From assembly GCA_963708295.1 (NCBI GenBank), contig CAVPSJ010000008.1, positions 32,001-96,000 on the forward strand: DNA of 64,000 nt. The letters run 5' to 3'. A model generated the notes under the pieces. It did not search any database. It had not been told where the DNA came from and was given only the letters and a program-made list of their open reading frames with translations. Made by a program: the position numbers and the translations under genes. This stretch comes from an uncultured delta proteobacterium (GTDB taxonomy: Bacteria > Desulfobacterota > BSN033 > UBA1163). Below are positions 43,800-55,493 of this stretch, in pieces (position 1 is the stretch's first letter; the number at the start of each line of letters is the position of its first letter).

Positions 43800-44900
43800 T
43801 TAGAACTCGCTGTCCAGGGGATAATAGTAGTCTTTCCCCTTGTTTTCCCGACCGGCCTCTTCTTTGAGACGGGCGAAGATCATTCTCCCTGCGGGTGTCT
43901 GGAGGACGCTGGTCACGACAACATCAATGGTCTTGCCCATATGTCTTCTGCCGTTATCGACCACAATCATCGTCCCGTCGTCCAGATAGGCGACCCCCTG
44001 TCCCACTTCCTTCCCTTCCTTAAGAATTTTAACGTTAATTTCCTCTCCGGGAAGGACCACGGGTTTTATGGAATTGGCTAACTCATTGATGTTCAAGACC
44101 TGGATCCCCTGGAGTTCCGCCACTTTGTTCAGGTTAGAGTCATTGGTGACGATCTTTCCCCGAACCTCTTTAGCCAATTCAATCAGTTTTGAATCGACCT
44201 CTTTGATTGCAGGAAAATCGTTGTCGACGATTCGAACATCGACAATCGCCTGCTTTTGGATGTGATGAAGAACTTCTAAGCCCCTCTTGCCCCTCGTCCG
44301 TTTGATGGAGTCCGAGGAGTCGGCGATATGTTGCAGCTCGTTCAGGACGAATTGCGGAATGATCAACGTTCCCTCCACAAAACCCGTTTCCGTGATGTCG
44401 GCGATTCGACCGTCGATGATCACACTCGTATCCAAAATCTTCGAGTTTTCACTTTGGGGAGCATTTTTTGAGAAGAGTTTCCAGCCGGACAGGTGAATAT
44501 CTTCTCCCTTTTTGAAACCGATGAGTAGACCCATATATCCACAAATCCCGTAGAGGATGCTTAGAAGCGGAAGGATCATTTGTTGATGATTGTATAAATT
44601 GGCGAAAAAGACGTTAGACAGGAGATTGGCCACCATGATGCCGAGGATCAATCCGATGAAACTTCCTAAGAGGTTCTTTAAAGGGATCTGCTTTAACCCT
44701 TTCTCGATCAAAAGGGTCAAGGCTGCAAGGAATAGTCCGCCGATCATCCCCAGAAGAGGCATGGGGGGGGAAAGAGAGACTTCCCGGGTCAAGGTATACC
44801 CGCTGATTCCGCAGATGAGGAATAATAAGATACGAAGAATCCATGAGCCCAACGCGCTCACCTCCTTTCCATGGGTGGATGATATGAAAAGACATTCCAA
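43800..44900 (-). CDS. PIN/TRAM domain membrane protein (YacL-like)
   Basis: TM N-terminus, KILDTSVIIDGRI, GVAYLDDGTMIVV, VLQTPAGRMIF; true start probably ~44852. Confidence 0.92.
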   Translation of the reverse strand: MECLFISSTHGKEVSALGSWILRILLFLICGISGYTLTREVSLSPPMPLLGMIGGLFLAALTLLIEKGLKQIPLKNLLGSFIGLILGIMVANLLSNVFFANLYNHQQMILPLLSILYGICGYMGLLIGFKKGEDIHLSGWKLFSKNAPQSENSKILDTSVIIDGRIADITETGFVEGTLIIPQFVLNELQHIADSSDSIKRTRGKRGLEVLHHIQKQAIVDVRIVDNDFPAIKEVDSKLIELAKEVRGKIVTNDSNLNKVAELQGIQVLNINELANSIKPVVLPGEEINVKILKEGKEVGQGVAYLDDGTMIVVDNGRRHMGKTIDVVVTSVLQTPAGRMIFARLKEEAGRENKGKDYYYPLDSEF

Positions 44901-44933
44901 TAAAAACGAGTGGTAGGGAATCTGGAGAGGTCA

Positions 44934-45413
44934 TTATCCGAAGATTGAGTTGATCTCTCTCAAAATATCCGTCTCTTTTACGTCCCGCGCGATGGCCAGT
45001 TCCTTGACCAGAAGATTTTTGGCCGTATCCATAATTTTCCTCTCACCGAAGGAGAGTTCTTTCTCCTCTCTGAGGAGATGGAGGTCACGAAGCACTTCCG
45101 CAATGCCGTAGATCGACCCCGTGTTGATTTTTTCCATATACTCGCGGTATCTCCGATTCCAGGTCTGATTATCAATGGTGACATCCCTGGCCTTCAGGAT
45201 CCCGATGACCTTCCGGACATCAATCTTCCGGATCACCCCCCGCAACTTGGCCGCCTCCACATTATCCTGGGGAATCATGATGGTCATTCCGTTTTCTAAA
45301 ATTTTGAGGATGAAAAAAATCTGCTCTTTACCAGAAATTCGCTTGGTCTCGATGGATTCAATGACTCCAACGCCGTGGCCGGGGTAAACCGCTTTATCAC
45401 CGATCTGGAACAT
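44934..45413 (-). CDS. carD: CarD/CdnL family RNA polymerase-binding factor
   Basis: FQIGDKAVYPGHGVG, WNRRYR, LSFGERK. Confidence 0.93.
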   Translation of the reverse strand: MFQIGDKAVYPGHGVGVIESIETKRISGKEQIFFILKILENGMTIMIPQDNVEAAKLRGVIRKIDVRKVIGILKARDVTIDNQTWNRRYREYMEKINTGSIYGIAEVLRDLHLLREEKELSFGERKIMDTAKNLLVKELAIARDVKETDILREINSIFG

Positions 45414-45568
45414 AATCTTAAAACCTCCTTCCTGGAAGTAAGAAAAAGAGCAATTTCAATTTGGAACCAAACGATATCAAGACAAAGGGAAATACGCCCG
45501 ATAGAAAAACTGTTCAAGACGGCTAACTCCGTTCTTTACCGACCAAGGAGAGAAGCCGTGTAAGGAAT

Positions 45569-46711
45569 TCAGGTTCCTTGACTTTTGGCCAATTTCAAAA
45601 TGTCATCTACATCGGGGTTTTTCCCTTGGATCAACCTGCCCATGGAGGCATCAATTCCAAAGAAGGCCGAAATTCGAATCTTGCCCTTCACCTCGGCGTG
45701 TTCGCCAGACCCGCCGGGCCGAAACACTTCCATCACATCTCCCACCTGAAGGCCCGTTAATCTCCCGGCGTTCAGGTAGACCTGCTCACCCTCTACCTTG
45801 GCGATCCGACAAAACCAATCCATGCCATCTAATTCCTTGGCCAGGGAGCGCCCCAGGTTAGCCAGGGTGACATCAATCGCCTTGATTTTGGCCTTCTCTT
45901 CGGAAAAGGATCCTTTTTCCTTGGCCGCAATGATGGGATTATTGGCGGACAAGTTCTTAAGGGTTTTACCCGTCAAGGTGTCCATCAGCCGCATGTCAAT
46001 GTTGATAATCGCCGAGGCCGCCGCTTCCCGTTCTTTCGTTGTCTTGGTGGTGAAGACATAGGGGCCGGAGAGTTCCCCTGCGACGAGGGCATGAGCTCCG
46101 AAAACTTCGTTGAGGTATAGGAGACTTTTAGACTTTTCAAGGTCCTTCAGGTCGAATCCCTTTTTTTCATAAAACTCTTTGACCATTTGATAGTCGACAA
46201 ACAGGACCTGTAGTGTCCTTCGGTTTACCTCTTTCATCAGCTTTTCGGCCACCCAGTCTCCGAACACCTCTTCGCCCTGAGTGGTTCGATCATCGAAATA
46301 AGTGATTAACACCTTCTTCTTCAAGCGTGGAGGCGCCGATTTCGACGGAGATACCGCGAGCGTCTCTTCCTCTAATAATACGGAGGACGGTCTTGTCGGA
46401 GTAGAAGCGGACTCCTTCCTGACCGCTTCGGTCCCCGTGGTCGTGGCCGCGTTGAAACTCTCTTTATGGGAAAGGTATTCTTGAACAGGAACATAGAGGT
46501 ATTTGGGCTGGTCCTTTCCGTCAGAGTCTTTAGGGTTTAAAACCTTCACGTACTCTTCCTTATCGATAATGACCACTTCTTTATCGAGCAATTCTTTCAT
46601 TTTTGCCTTACGAGAGGAAAACCAGGAAGATGTAGAACACCCGAGAACGAGAAGCAGGAGAAGGAGAAAAATAAGGATGAAAGGGCGAGGGGAATTTTCT
46701 CTTAAGTTCAT
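45569..46711 (-). CDS. Lipoprotein with CsgG/FlgT-like domains
   Basis: Lipobox VLGC; C-terminal VYLNAGRLTGLQVGD beta domain. Confidence 0.7.
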   Translation of the reverse strand: MNLRENSPRPFILIFLLLLLLVLGCSTSSWFSSRKAKMKELLDKEVVIIDKEEYVKVLNPKDSDGKDQPKYLYVPVQEYLSHKESFNAATTTGTEAVRKESASTPTRPSSVLLEEETLAVSPSKSAPPRLKKKVLITYFDDRTTQGEEVFGDWVAEKLMKEVNRRTLQVLFVDYQMVKEFYEKKGFDLKDLEKSKSLLYLNEVFGAHALVAGELSGPYVFTTKTTKEREAAASAIINIDMRLMDTLTGKTLKNLSANNPIIAAKEKGSFSEEKAKIKAIDVTLANLGRSLAKELDGMDWFCRIAKVEGEQVYLNAGRLTGLQVGDVMEVFRPGGSGEHAEVKGKIRISAFFGIDASMGRLIQGKNPDVDDILKLAKSQGT

Positions 46712-46867
46712 TTTTTCGATTTAGAATAAGTATACCTTAAAATCGTTCAAAAATCAACCCCCGATTCCACGCCCTTTTGACTCATTTTGCTAAAGGGAGG
46801 AGGAAAATCGCTAAACAATAAAATGCCAATATATTAAATAGTTACAAATTTATGCGGTCCGTCATTT

Positions 46868-47656
46868 TTATCGAGGACGAGACAGGTAAGCGATTACCTT
46901 TTGCAGGTCTTCAGGGGTGTCGACGGCCAGGGGTTCGTAGTCAACAGGCGTCACTTTTATAGGGTAACCGTTTTCTAGGGCCCGTAGCTGTTCGAGTTTC
47001 TCAAGTTTTTCCAAGGGGGTGGGCTTCATCTTTGTAAAATGGAGAAGGAATCTCCGGCGAAATACGTAGACACCGATATGCTTAAACACCCTCTTGGGAA
47101 GGGGTCTGCTTGTTCCAAAAGGGTTGGATTCCAGGCGTCCAATCTGAAGGTCCCGGGGAAAGGGAATAGGAGACCGCGAAAAATACAGAGCAAGATTCTT
47201 CTGATCCACCACAACTTTTACAATATGAGGATTGAGCCAATCTCTCACCTCTTTGATCCTGGTCATCAACGTGGACATTTGGAGATGATCGTTGCCCACG
47301 AGAGGACGGATCGCTTTATCAATAAAACTTCCGCTTATAAGAGGTTCGTCTCCCTGGACATTGACGATGATTTCCGATTTGAGCTTTCTGGCAACCTCCG
47401 CCACCCTGTCTGTTCCGGTGAAGTGGGTAGGGGAAGTGATGACGGCCCTTCCGCCAAAACTCTTTACGGCCTCCAGGATCCTTTGATCGTCTGTGGCGAC
47501 GATCACATCGTCAATCAATTTTGATTGGCGCACTCCTTCGTACACGTATTGAATCATCGGCTTGCCCAGAATATCGGCAAGGGGTTTCCCTTCAAAGCGA
47601 GTCGAACCGTACCGGGCAGGGATAACCGCAGAAATTTTGATCTGAACCCTTTTCAT
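46868..47656 (-). CDS. kdsB: 3-deoxy-manno-octulosonate cytidylyltransferase
   Basis: IPARYGSTRFEGKPL, NVQGDEP, YFSRSPIP, LEQLRALENG. Confidence 0.96.
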   Translation of the reverse strand: MKRVQIKISAVIPARYGSTRFEGKPLADILGKPMIQYVYEGVRQSKLIDDVIVATDDQRILEAVKSFGGRAVITSPTHFTGTDRVAEVARKLKSEIIVNVQGDEPLISGSFIDKAIRPLVGNDHLQMSTLMTRIKEVRDWLNPHIVKVVVDQKNLALYFSRSPIPFPRDLQIGRLESNPFGTSRPLPKRVFKHIGVYVFRRRFLLHFTKMKPTPLEKLEKLEQLRALENGYPIKVTPVDYEPLAVDTPEDLQKVIAYLSRPR

Positions 47657-47799
47657 CTTAGTTCTCCTGCAGGGGAAGACCGGGAGGCCCATCCCGCGGT
47701 AGACCTCCTTGGTAAAAAAAGAATCTCACGATGAAAGGTCATGACATTCATCAATAAGCACGGTTTTACCCGTCTTCATCGTCTGGAATATCCCTTAGC

Positions 47800-48450
47800 T
47801 TAGGTCAGGCATCGCTTTGCTATGGATTCGGCGTTTCTAAGCATGGTTTGGTAATTTCCTTCCATCAAACCTGCTCCCACAACGATCTCACGCAAGCGAC
47901 CCACAGGCCATATATCGCCAGGAGCATGGGCGTCGCTGTTCAATATCACGGGAGCCCCGATCCGATGAGCCAGCTTGGCCACATGACCGTTGGTCAATGA
48001 GTGGCCTTTGCGCGAGGTCAACTCTAAGTATACAGAGCGTTCCTTGGCCAATAAGACTTCCTCTTCTGTGATCAGTCCCGGATGAGCCAGGATATCTGCA
48101 GCGGACTCGATGGCCATTCTGTTGGTTCCTGGGGCTACCGGCTCTACAATCGTCTCCCCGTGGACCACCACCAATCTTGCCCCCAACTTCCTGCTCCTAC
48201 CGATCAAGGCAGGCAGGGTCTCCGGCCGGGCATGGGTCAGTTCGATCCCCGGAATCAGGCGAATTCCCTCCAGACGATTGAGCTCCTTACAAAAGGCCAC
48301 GAGTCGGGGAATGATGAGGTCGATATTTGACTGGTCGCCGTGGTCGGTGATCGCAAGAGTTGTATAGCCTGCGACCTCGAACCTCCGGGCCAACTCAGCC
48401 GGGGTGAGTTCTCCATCGCTAAACAAGGAGTGTGTATGCAGATCGATCAT
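47800..48450 (-). CDS. PHP-domain phosphoesterase
   Basis: DLHTHS, ITDH, GIELTH, VHGET, AHPG, NSDAH. Confidence 0.9.
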   Translation of the reverse strand: MIDLHTHSLFSDGELTPAELARRFEVAGYTTLAITDHGDQSNIDLIIPRLVAFCKELNRLEGIRLIPGIELTHARPETLPALIGRSRKLGARLVVVHGETIVEPVAPGTNRMAIESAADILAHPGLITEEEVLLAKERSVYLELTSRKGHSLTNGHVAKLAHRIGAPVILNSDAHAPGDIWPVGRLREIVVGAGLMEGNYQTMLRNAESIAKRCLT

Positions 48451-48649
48451 CCTCGGTCCAAAAACTCGAATTTCTAAGCGCGACCGTTAACAGGCAACAA
48501 ACCCATTCAATCAATAAAACACTTTAATTTAGTATATCACGATGCTAGAATAGTACAACTCGAAAACGAGGAAAGATCAAATCGTGACCCGCGATTGAAC
48601 GTTGACCCGTTCGGCGGCGCCGGTCCGCACCTTTGAAGGTGTGGGTAAC

Positions 48650-48750
48650 GAAGCCCCGCTCAGGGTCGACCCTGAGCCTTCGACCCGAACCTTTCGGCAG
48701 GCTCGAGGCCCTGAGCTCAATAGAGAGGCTCAAGGCGAGGGGCTAGCCGT
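48650..48750. repeat. REP-like nested palindromes (GCTCAGGG...CCCTGAGC type)
   Basis: GCTCAGGGTCGACCCTGAGC perfect hairpin followed by CTTCGAC...GGCTCGAGGCCCTGAGC. Confidence 0.55.
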
Positions 48751-48774
48751 GGCCTTCAGGGGAGGGGAAGGAGA

Positions 48775-49443
48775 TTGTTTTTTGGAGGATCAACTATGAT
48801 GGTGCGAAAGGCAAAGAGAGCCTGGCTCCTCATCGGAGTTCTCATTTTGCTCCCTGTGGCCTCCCCGTCTGACGCCGAGGAGGTCTACCAGTGGGTTGAT
48901 GAGAAAGGAACGGTCCATTTTTCAGAAGATGAATCAAGTGTACCCGAAAAATACGGAGAGCGAACAGAAAAGAAATCCCTGCCGGAAGAAGTGAAAGGAG
49001 CAGAAAAGAAGGAGAAGATCAGAAAACAAGATGGGAAAGGTGCAAAGGACCCACTTGCGGCGAAGGAGAAAGAAAGTATCAATAAGAACAGGATAGAAGG
49101 CGATGTCGTCGAATCCGTCAAAACGATCCTTTCTCTGTGGAAAGACGGGAAATACAATGAATTGTATGATCATGGAGATCAAAAAAGCCGAAGGGCCATC
49201 GGTAGAGAAGATTTTGAAAACCGGATGAGGAAGAAGGGAATAGGATTAGCCTCTTCCTGGGAGACTCTCCGGGATATCCAGGTTGATGTTGAAAGCGCCA
49301 CCCTCGCCTATGCCACAGTCAGAATAGGCTTGAAACCCAAAAAAGGAGGGGAGACAAAATTTCGTACGGAGACCTATCGGCTGCCCTTTGAAAAGGGGAT
49401 GTGGAAAATTAATCTACAAAAGATCTTGCAGAGCAAGATATGA
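48775..49443 (+). CDS. DUF4124-domain exported protein
   Basis: Signal peptide then VYQWVDEKGTVHFSED..VPEKY; likely start ~48796. Confidence 0.85.
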   Translation: MFFGGSTMMVRKAKRAWLLIGVLILLPVASPSDAEEVYQWVDEKGTVHFSEDESSVPEKYGERTEKKSLPEEVKGAEKKEKIRKQDGKGAKDPLAAKEKESINKNRIEGDVVESVKTILSLWKDGKYNELYDHGDQKSRRAIGREDFENRMRKKGIGLASSWETLRDIQVDVESATLAYATVRIGLKPKKGGETKFRTETYRLPFEKGMWKINLQKILQSKI

Positions 49444-49543
49444 TTCCTTATGGATCTCTCCTCCTTCCGCCTCGTGTTTTTGACAAGGGAATGGGAGCGC
49501 CTTGGAACCGGGACTGAGGGATGGCCTTCTCTTATTCGGATTC

Positions 49544-51808
49544 TTAGGCGGCGGGTGGGTGATCCTCTGCCCCGGGAAGAAAAGTTTCCAGCATCTTCAA
49601 AAAGGTTTCCAAGAGGTCGGGGTCAAACTGTGTTCCGGCATGTTTCTGGAGCTCAGCCACGGCCTCCTGATGGGAAAACGTCTTGCGATAGGGGCGGGCG
49701 CTGGTAAGGGACTCGTAGGCATCCACGATCGCCAGCAAGCGGCACTCGACGGGAATTTCTTCTCCTTGAATGCCGAGGGGGTAGCCCTGACCATTCCACC
49801 ACTCATGGTGCTTGAGGATCCAGTCGGCAATCGGAACGAGGTCGGGAGCGGACAGGGCGATTCGATAGCCGATCTCACAATGGCGTTTCATCTCTGTCCA
49901 CTCGTCAGGAGTGAAAGGTCCTTCTTTGAGGAGGATGGCGTCGGAGATTCCGACCTTGCCGATGTCATGAAATTTGGCCAGGAGAGATAAGTCGGCCGTC
50001 GTGGACTCGGGGAGCCCGACCAGGGCCGCCATCCGGACCAATAACTTTTCCAGGTGGTCGTCGTGCTGTTCGGTTGTCAGGTCCCTGACTTTCAGGGTAT
50101 TGATCAGGGTGCTCACAATGGTGCTCCGGACGCTCTGGGTGCGATAAAGCTTCTTGCGGTACATGTGGTTATCCGCTTCTTTAAAGACGTCCTTTAGGTT
50201 TTTGTGGGATCCGTTTCTGACGGCGAATCCGACGGAGATGCTGAGAGGGAGTTCGGGGGTGGCGACGTTGTAGGAGTCGACCGCCTCCTGAATTCTCTGG
50301 CAGGCGTTTTCAACGGCGGATCGGGTGGTGTTTGGGAGGACAACGGCAAATTCATCCCCGCCGATGCGGGCCGCCAGATCCCCCTCCCGGAAGGAATCCC
50401 GGATTGCCCTGGCGGCGGAGGCCAGCAGGCGATCCCCCTGGTCGTGTCCCAGGGTATCGTTGACCAGCTTGAGACCATCCACATCGCACGCCAAGATGCC
50501 GACCGTCTCATAGCGTGCTTTTTCTATCCGGCTCATCTCCTCTTCGAAGTAGATGCGGTTATAGAGTCCGGTGAGGGGATCATGGAGGCTGAGGTATCTG
50601 AGCTTTTCTTCCCCGAGCTTGAGGTCTGTGATATCCGCGGCAATGCCGACAGCCCGCTGTGTCCCTCCGGAACCATTCTCGATCGGAAAAGAGCGGTCTC
50701 TGATCCAGCGGATGGATTGATCCGGTCGTACAATGCGATAAACGACCTCATACTCCTCGTGCGCTTTTTTCTCGATAAGTCCCTTCACATGATCCCTGTC
50801 TTCAGGATGGATTGTCTCCCAGAAGGAGTTTGGGTCTTCGTAAAGGGTTTGAGGCGCACGTCCCCAGATTTCGGCAAAGGCGGGGCTGACGTAACTGGGA
50901 CGTCCCTCTTCGTGGATATAGAAGACCTCACGGATGTTTTCTGCCAGTTCACGGAACCTCTCTTCACTCTCGCGGAGTGCCTCCTCCGCCCGCTTGCGCT
51001 CGGTGATGTCCCGCACAATCCCCCGAAAGCCTACCGGCTTGCCGGAGGCGTCGTTTCGTAGCGACACGGAAGCTTCAAGGTATCTTTTGGTCCCGTCTTT
51101 TCTTATGATTCCCCAATCACACTCCCTGCTGGGTTCGCCTGTCCGGTAGACGTTGTTGAAGGCTTGAAATAGTCTCTTTGCGTTCTCCTGGTCTGTATAC
51201 TGCCGGTTATTCATGCCCATCAATTCTTCTTTGGGATACCCCCATATCCGGCACATGGAATCGTTGAAAAAGGTTAAGTTCCCTGCCAGGTCGACTTCGT
51301 AATAACCATCTTCGATGTTTTCAAGAATGGTTCGATATTGCTCTTCGCTTTCCCGCAGTCTCTCTTCCGCGTGCTTGCGTTCGATCGCGTACCGGATTGC
51401 CCGCGCCAGCAAATTGCTGTCCATCTGGCCCTTGACCAGGTAGTCTTCGGCTCCTTCTTGGACAGCCCGGATCGCGACCGTTTCATTGTCGAGGCCCGTT
51501 AAAATTACTACGGGCAAATACGGCGCGACAGCACAAACCGGTCTGATGGCATCGAGACCATGGCCGTCCGGGAGCGACAGGTCAAGCAGGATGACGTGAA
51601 AACTTTGGTCCTTCAATAGGAGGGACAGACCTTCTTTGATCAGGCCCACATGGGCCAGACTGAACTGGTTTTCGCCGGCATCGATCAGCATCTCTTTTAC
51701 TAAACGGGCATCTCCCGGGTTATCTTCGATCAGCAGGACGTTGATGACCTCGGGCGGTGGATCGACGCTGTTCGCCGACTTCTCCTTTGGTTCTTCACAA
51801 TCAGACAT
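49544..51808 (-). CDS. REC-PAS-PAS-GGDEF-HD-GYP c-di-GMP enzyme
   Basis: LLDLSLPD receiver, two PAS/PAC, REGD I-site plus GGDEF, HDIGK and [11 protein letters not shown]. Confidence 0.93.
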   Translation of the reverse strand: MSDCEEPKEKSANSVDPPPEVINVLLIEDNPGDARLVKEMLIDAGENQFSLAHVGLIKEGLSLLLKDQSFHVILLDLSLPDGHGLDAIRPVCAVAPYLPVVILTGLDNETVAIRAVQEGAEDYLVKGQMDSNLLARAIRYAIERKHAEERLRESEEQYRTILENIEDGYYEVDLAGNLTFFNDSMCRIWGYPKEELMGMNNRQYTDQENAKRLFQAFNNVYRTGEPSRECDWGIIRKDGTKRYLEASVSLRNDASGKPVGFRGIVRDITERKRAEEALRESEERFRELAENIREVFYIHEEGRPSYVSPAFAEIWGRAPQTLYEDPNSFWETIHPEDRDHVKGLIEKKAHEEYEVVYRIVRPDQSIRWIRDRSFPIENGSGGTQRAVGIAADITDLKLGEEKLRYLSLHDPLTGLYNRIYFEEEMSRIEKARYETVGILACDVDGLKLVNDTLGHDQGDRLLASAARAIRDSFREGDLAARIGGDEFAVVLPNTTRSAVENACQRIQEAVDSYNVATPELPLSISVGFAVRNGSHKNLKDVFKEADNHMYRKKLYRTQSVRSTIVSTLINTLKVRDLTTEQHDDHLEKLLVRMAALVGLPESTTADLSLLAKFHDIGKVGISDAILLKEGPFTPDEWTEMKRHCEIGYRIALSAPDLVPIADWILKHHEWWNGQGYPLGIQGEEIPVECRLLAIVDAYESLTSARPYRKTFSHQEAVAELQKHAGTQFDPDLLETFLKMLETFLPGAEDHPPAA

Positions 51809-52286
51809 CGGCGTCCCCCTTCTTTGAACGCTTGACGATGGTGAACCAGAAATCTTCTATCAGTTTGACAACCGTAACGAACTGCCCAAAGTCCACCGGC
51901 TTATTGATGTAACAGCTTGCATGGAGATCATGGGTTTCCAAAATATCTCTCTCTGAATTTGAGGTGGTCAGCACGACGACCGGAATTTGCTTCAGGTCCT
52001 CTTCCTCGTCGAGCTCGGAAAGGACGTCACGTCCGTTTTTCCTGGGAAGGTTCAGATCGAGCAGAATGAGGTCCGGCCGGGGGGCATCAGCAAATGGAGA
52101 TTCCCGACGCAGGAAGGCGAGAGCTTCCACCCCATCCCCGACCACGCTCAGATGGTTGTATATCTTCCCCTCCTTGAACGCCTCCACGGTGAGGCGAACG
52201 TCACCCGGATTATCCTCCACGAGTAAAATTTCCACGGGTTGACATTCTCTCTCTGGCTTCATTTCTTCTTTTTCCTTCTCATTCAT
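51801..52286 (-). CDS. Single-domain response regulator (Rcp1-like)
   Basis: [32 protein letters not shown]. Confidence 0.93.
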   Translation of the reverse strand: MNEKEKEEMKPERECQPVEILLVEDNPGDVRLTVEAFKEGKIYNHLSVVGDGVEALAFLRRESPFADAPRPDLILLDLNLPRKNGRDVLSELDEEEDLKQIPVVVLTTSNSERDILETHDLHASCYINKPVDFGQFVTVVKLIEDFWFTIVKRSKKGDADV

Positions 52287-52287
52287 T

Positions 52288-55080
52288 TCAAACCTGCTCC
52301 CGAGCGGCTACGGGGAGCGGTTCTGTCTTAACGGCTGGAAGGATGAAGTGAAAGGTGGCCCCCTTCCCGACTTCCGATTCCACCCAGATGCGTCCTCCGT
52401 GGCGTTCCACAATCTTTTTGCAGATCGCCAATCCGATGCCGGTACCGGCATACTCCTGCCGGCTGTGAAGCCGCTGAAAGATGACGAAGATGCGCTCGGC
52501 GTACTCCGCGGCAATGCCAATGCCGTTGTCCCTTACGGAGAAGGTCCAGCCGTTACCGTTTCGGCTGGCCGAGATGTGAATGCGGGGTGGCTCGTTGCCC
52601 CGGAACTTGACGGCGTTTCCGATCAGGTTTTGGAACAGCTGCCCGAACTGGGGGCGGTCAGCCATCACCATCGGGAGAGGGTCGTGGGTGACCAGGGCCC
52701 CATTCTCTTCGATGGCCACCTTCAGGTCGTCGAGCGGACTGGGCGAGGACCTCTTGGGAGTCGGTGGGGGAAAATTCCTTGCCTTGCGTTCCCACGCGGG
52801 AGTAGGCCAGCAGGTCATTGATCAGCTTCCTCATGCGGACGGCCCCATCCACGGCGAAGTCGATGAACTCTTTGGCATCGGAGTCGAGCTTGCTTTCGTA
52901 TCGCCTGGCCAGCAGCTGGACATAACTCGTCACCATGCGCAGCGGTTCCTGAAGGTCATGGGAGGCCACATAGGCAAATTGCTCCAGGTCTTTATTCGAT
53001 CGGGCCAGCTCTTGGGTTCTCTTTTCCAGAACGCTTTCCACCCGTTTGCGTTCGGTGATATCCTGGACAGTACAGCGCATCCCCTGGATACCCCCTTTTT
53101 CGTCGAAGATCAGTCTAGCTTCAATCGAAACCGGAAACGTCGTCCCGTCTTTTCTTCGGTAAATCCGCTCCATTTGCTTGCCAGGGGGCTGGGAGCCGGC
53201 CAGTTTAGCCATCACCTCTTCTCGGATCGCGTCTCTTCGTTGGCGGCTAGCTTCCAAATGGGCCGCCCGATCATTTCCTCGGCAGTGTATCTAAGCATCT
53301 CCAGCTCGGTGCGATTGATAATGGTGATGCATCCTTTGCTATCGTATTCGTGGTAGCCCATTGGAGCATGGTCATAAAGATTCTTGAACTTCCTCTCACT
53401 TTCTATCAAAGCTTCCGCTGTGCGTTTGTGTTCTGCAAAAAGAACGGCGTTGGCAATGGCGCCCGCAATCTGAATGGCGATGCTCTCTGCAATCTTCAGA
53501 TCTCTTTCCGTGTAGGCGTTCGGTTTGAAGGATCGCAGATTGAGACCTCCGATGACCTGATCTTTTGAGATCAGAGGGACCGAAATCATGGACCTGAATC
53601 CAGTCCGAAGGGAGGCCCGAAGAAACGGATACCTCCTTTCCATTTCAGAGGTACCCTCCGTTTGGACAAGGAGGCCTGATCGAGTTTTCAGGATATGTTC
53701 ATAAATCGACTCAGAGAGAGGAAAGACCTCTCCGAGCCTCCGGCCTGGTATCTCCTTTCCCATTTCATATGCGACCGTACCCGTGTGATGTTCCGCATCG
53801 ATGATGCAGATTGCAATTCGGTCGAAATCGATCAGATGACGGACGGTCCCCGCGAAACGGTCATAGACTTCGTGAATGGCGAGTGTAGAGCCGACGATCC
53901 GGCCAATCTCAGCCATCGCCGCATTTTCTTGAGATAGTCTTTTTACCGCCTGCTCTCCCTGAATGCGCTCGGTCACGTCGTGAGCCATGGCTCGAACAAC
54001 GGGCGAAGCCACGCCTTCTGTGCGGAGAGTATTGTTGTATTCCCAAATACGGGGGACACCGGCGGCAGTCTGCAGCAACATGAGCCCTTTCGCGGCGCCA
54101 TTTTTTCGGATCGTATCGAGGTAGGTCGTGAATCCGTCCCTGAACTTAGGCGCTAAGAGATCTTGGGCATTCTTCTCGAGAAGGTCTCTTTGGTCATAAC
54201 CGAGAAGTCTTGCGCCATCATGGTTAGCGGAGAGAATCTGGCCCCGTAGATCATGGGTGCAGATCAGATATTGACTGCACTCGACCAGATCTCGATAGCG
54301 ATCTTCGCTTTCGCGAAGCGCCTTCTCTGCCTGCTTGCGCTCCTCCATCTGAGTATTCAGCTGCTCATAAGCTTGCCGATAGCGGTTTTCGGATTCTCCA
54401 AGGTTTCGCTGATGATTGAGCAATCTCTGCAGGACGCGGCGGAAAGCATGCTCCAAGAAGAGGGATACCATGCAAACCACAAGAAATGAAATCAAAAATC
54501 GATTTCTCAATTCTTGGATTTCAAAGGGTGTGACTTTTTGTAAATCGAAATGAAGTATGATGAACGCCAAAATGCCGTAGAAGACGGATACCCAGATGAT
54601 GCCTTCAGATACACCGACTGCAAAGAAGACCAGGATGGGGTAGATATAAGACCATTCGATGCGACTAAAATTCGATAGAAACCCAATCTCGTAGAGAAGC
54701 GAGATGCCAACCGCTGCCGAAAACAGCCTGAAAAGAATGGCGTAGATTCTATATTCGGATTTCTCGTCGATTTTCCTCGCGGTCAAGAAATAGAGAAAGA
54801 CCGTCATCAGAAACATGGCGCAATTCGAGAATGCCGTGAAGTATGCGCCTTTTGTGAGATTGTTGATCGCCAAAGCGGCCACGAGAGGAATTCCTATATA
54901 TAGACCGATTTTGACCACAGATCTCCTGTGGTACATCATCATCGATTTGAACCGATCCCCATGGGGAAGGCTGGAATCCGTCATGGTTATGTTTTCCGCA
55001 CCTTGAAATACTTGTTTATCCGGATGAGTCATTAAAGAATCTCGCGTACTTTGATCCGCCTCAATCCCTTCCTTAATCAT
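52288..55080 (-). CDS. Membrane PAS/GAF sensor histidine kinase (two frameshifts)
   Basis: TM N-terminus, PAS, GAF, PAS, H-box [30 protein letters not shown]; ORFs 53212-55080, 52658-53257, 52288-52818. Confidence 0.88.
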
Positions 55081-55163
55081 ATCCGCCGGTTTGAAAACCC
55101 CGCGATCCGAGGAAGTTCTTTGGCTTTATCTTCGAATAAACGTAAAGAGCCATCTTCGTATTG

Positions 55164-55180
55164 AGCAAATCTAATGCCGA
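55164..55180 (-). promoter_or_regulatory. Putative sigma54 promoter of the kinase operon
   Basis: TCGGCATTAGATTTGCT (GG-N10-GC); IHF-like AAATCAACTGAGTT just upstream (~55197-55211). Confidence 0.55.
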
Positions 55181-55493
55181 AAAGAAAAAAACCGTGAACT
55201 CAGTTGATTTCACAAGGTTTTTCAAAAAATGAGAATTTCTGAAACGGGAGGGATGTGCCCTTTTTTGTCTCAAAAAGCTAGTTACTTCTACTAGATAAGG
55301 AGACACCCACTCCTCAAAGGCACCTTGGAAACTTGGAAATAGGGTGGAGGTATACGGAGTGATGAATGCAAGGGAAATCTTTGAAAGAAGAATGTCTCGT
55401 GGGTCGCTTTCTCAGGCAAGGAGAAGGAAACTAAGAGATCGTCAGCTCCTGAGAATGATATCAACAGAGGTAAACATCCGATAAAGACTCTTT

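Noticed and set aside
48545-48600. Vsr endonuclease-like peptide DLIFPRFRVVLF on the minus strand
   Set aside because: Only ~12 residues of resemblance, immediately followed by a stop; could be chance
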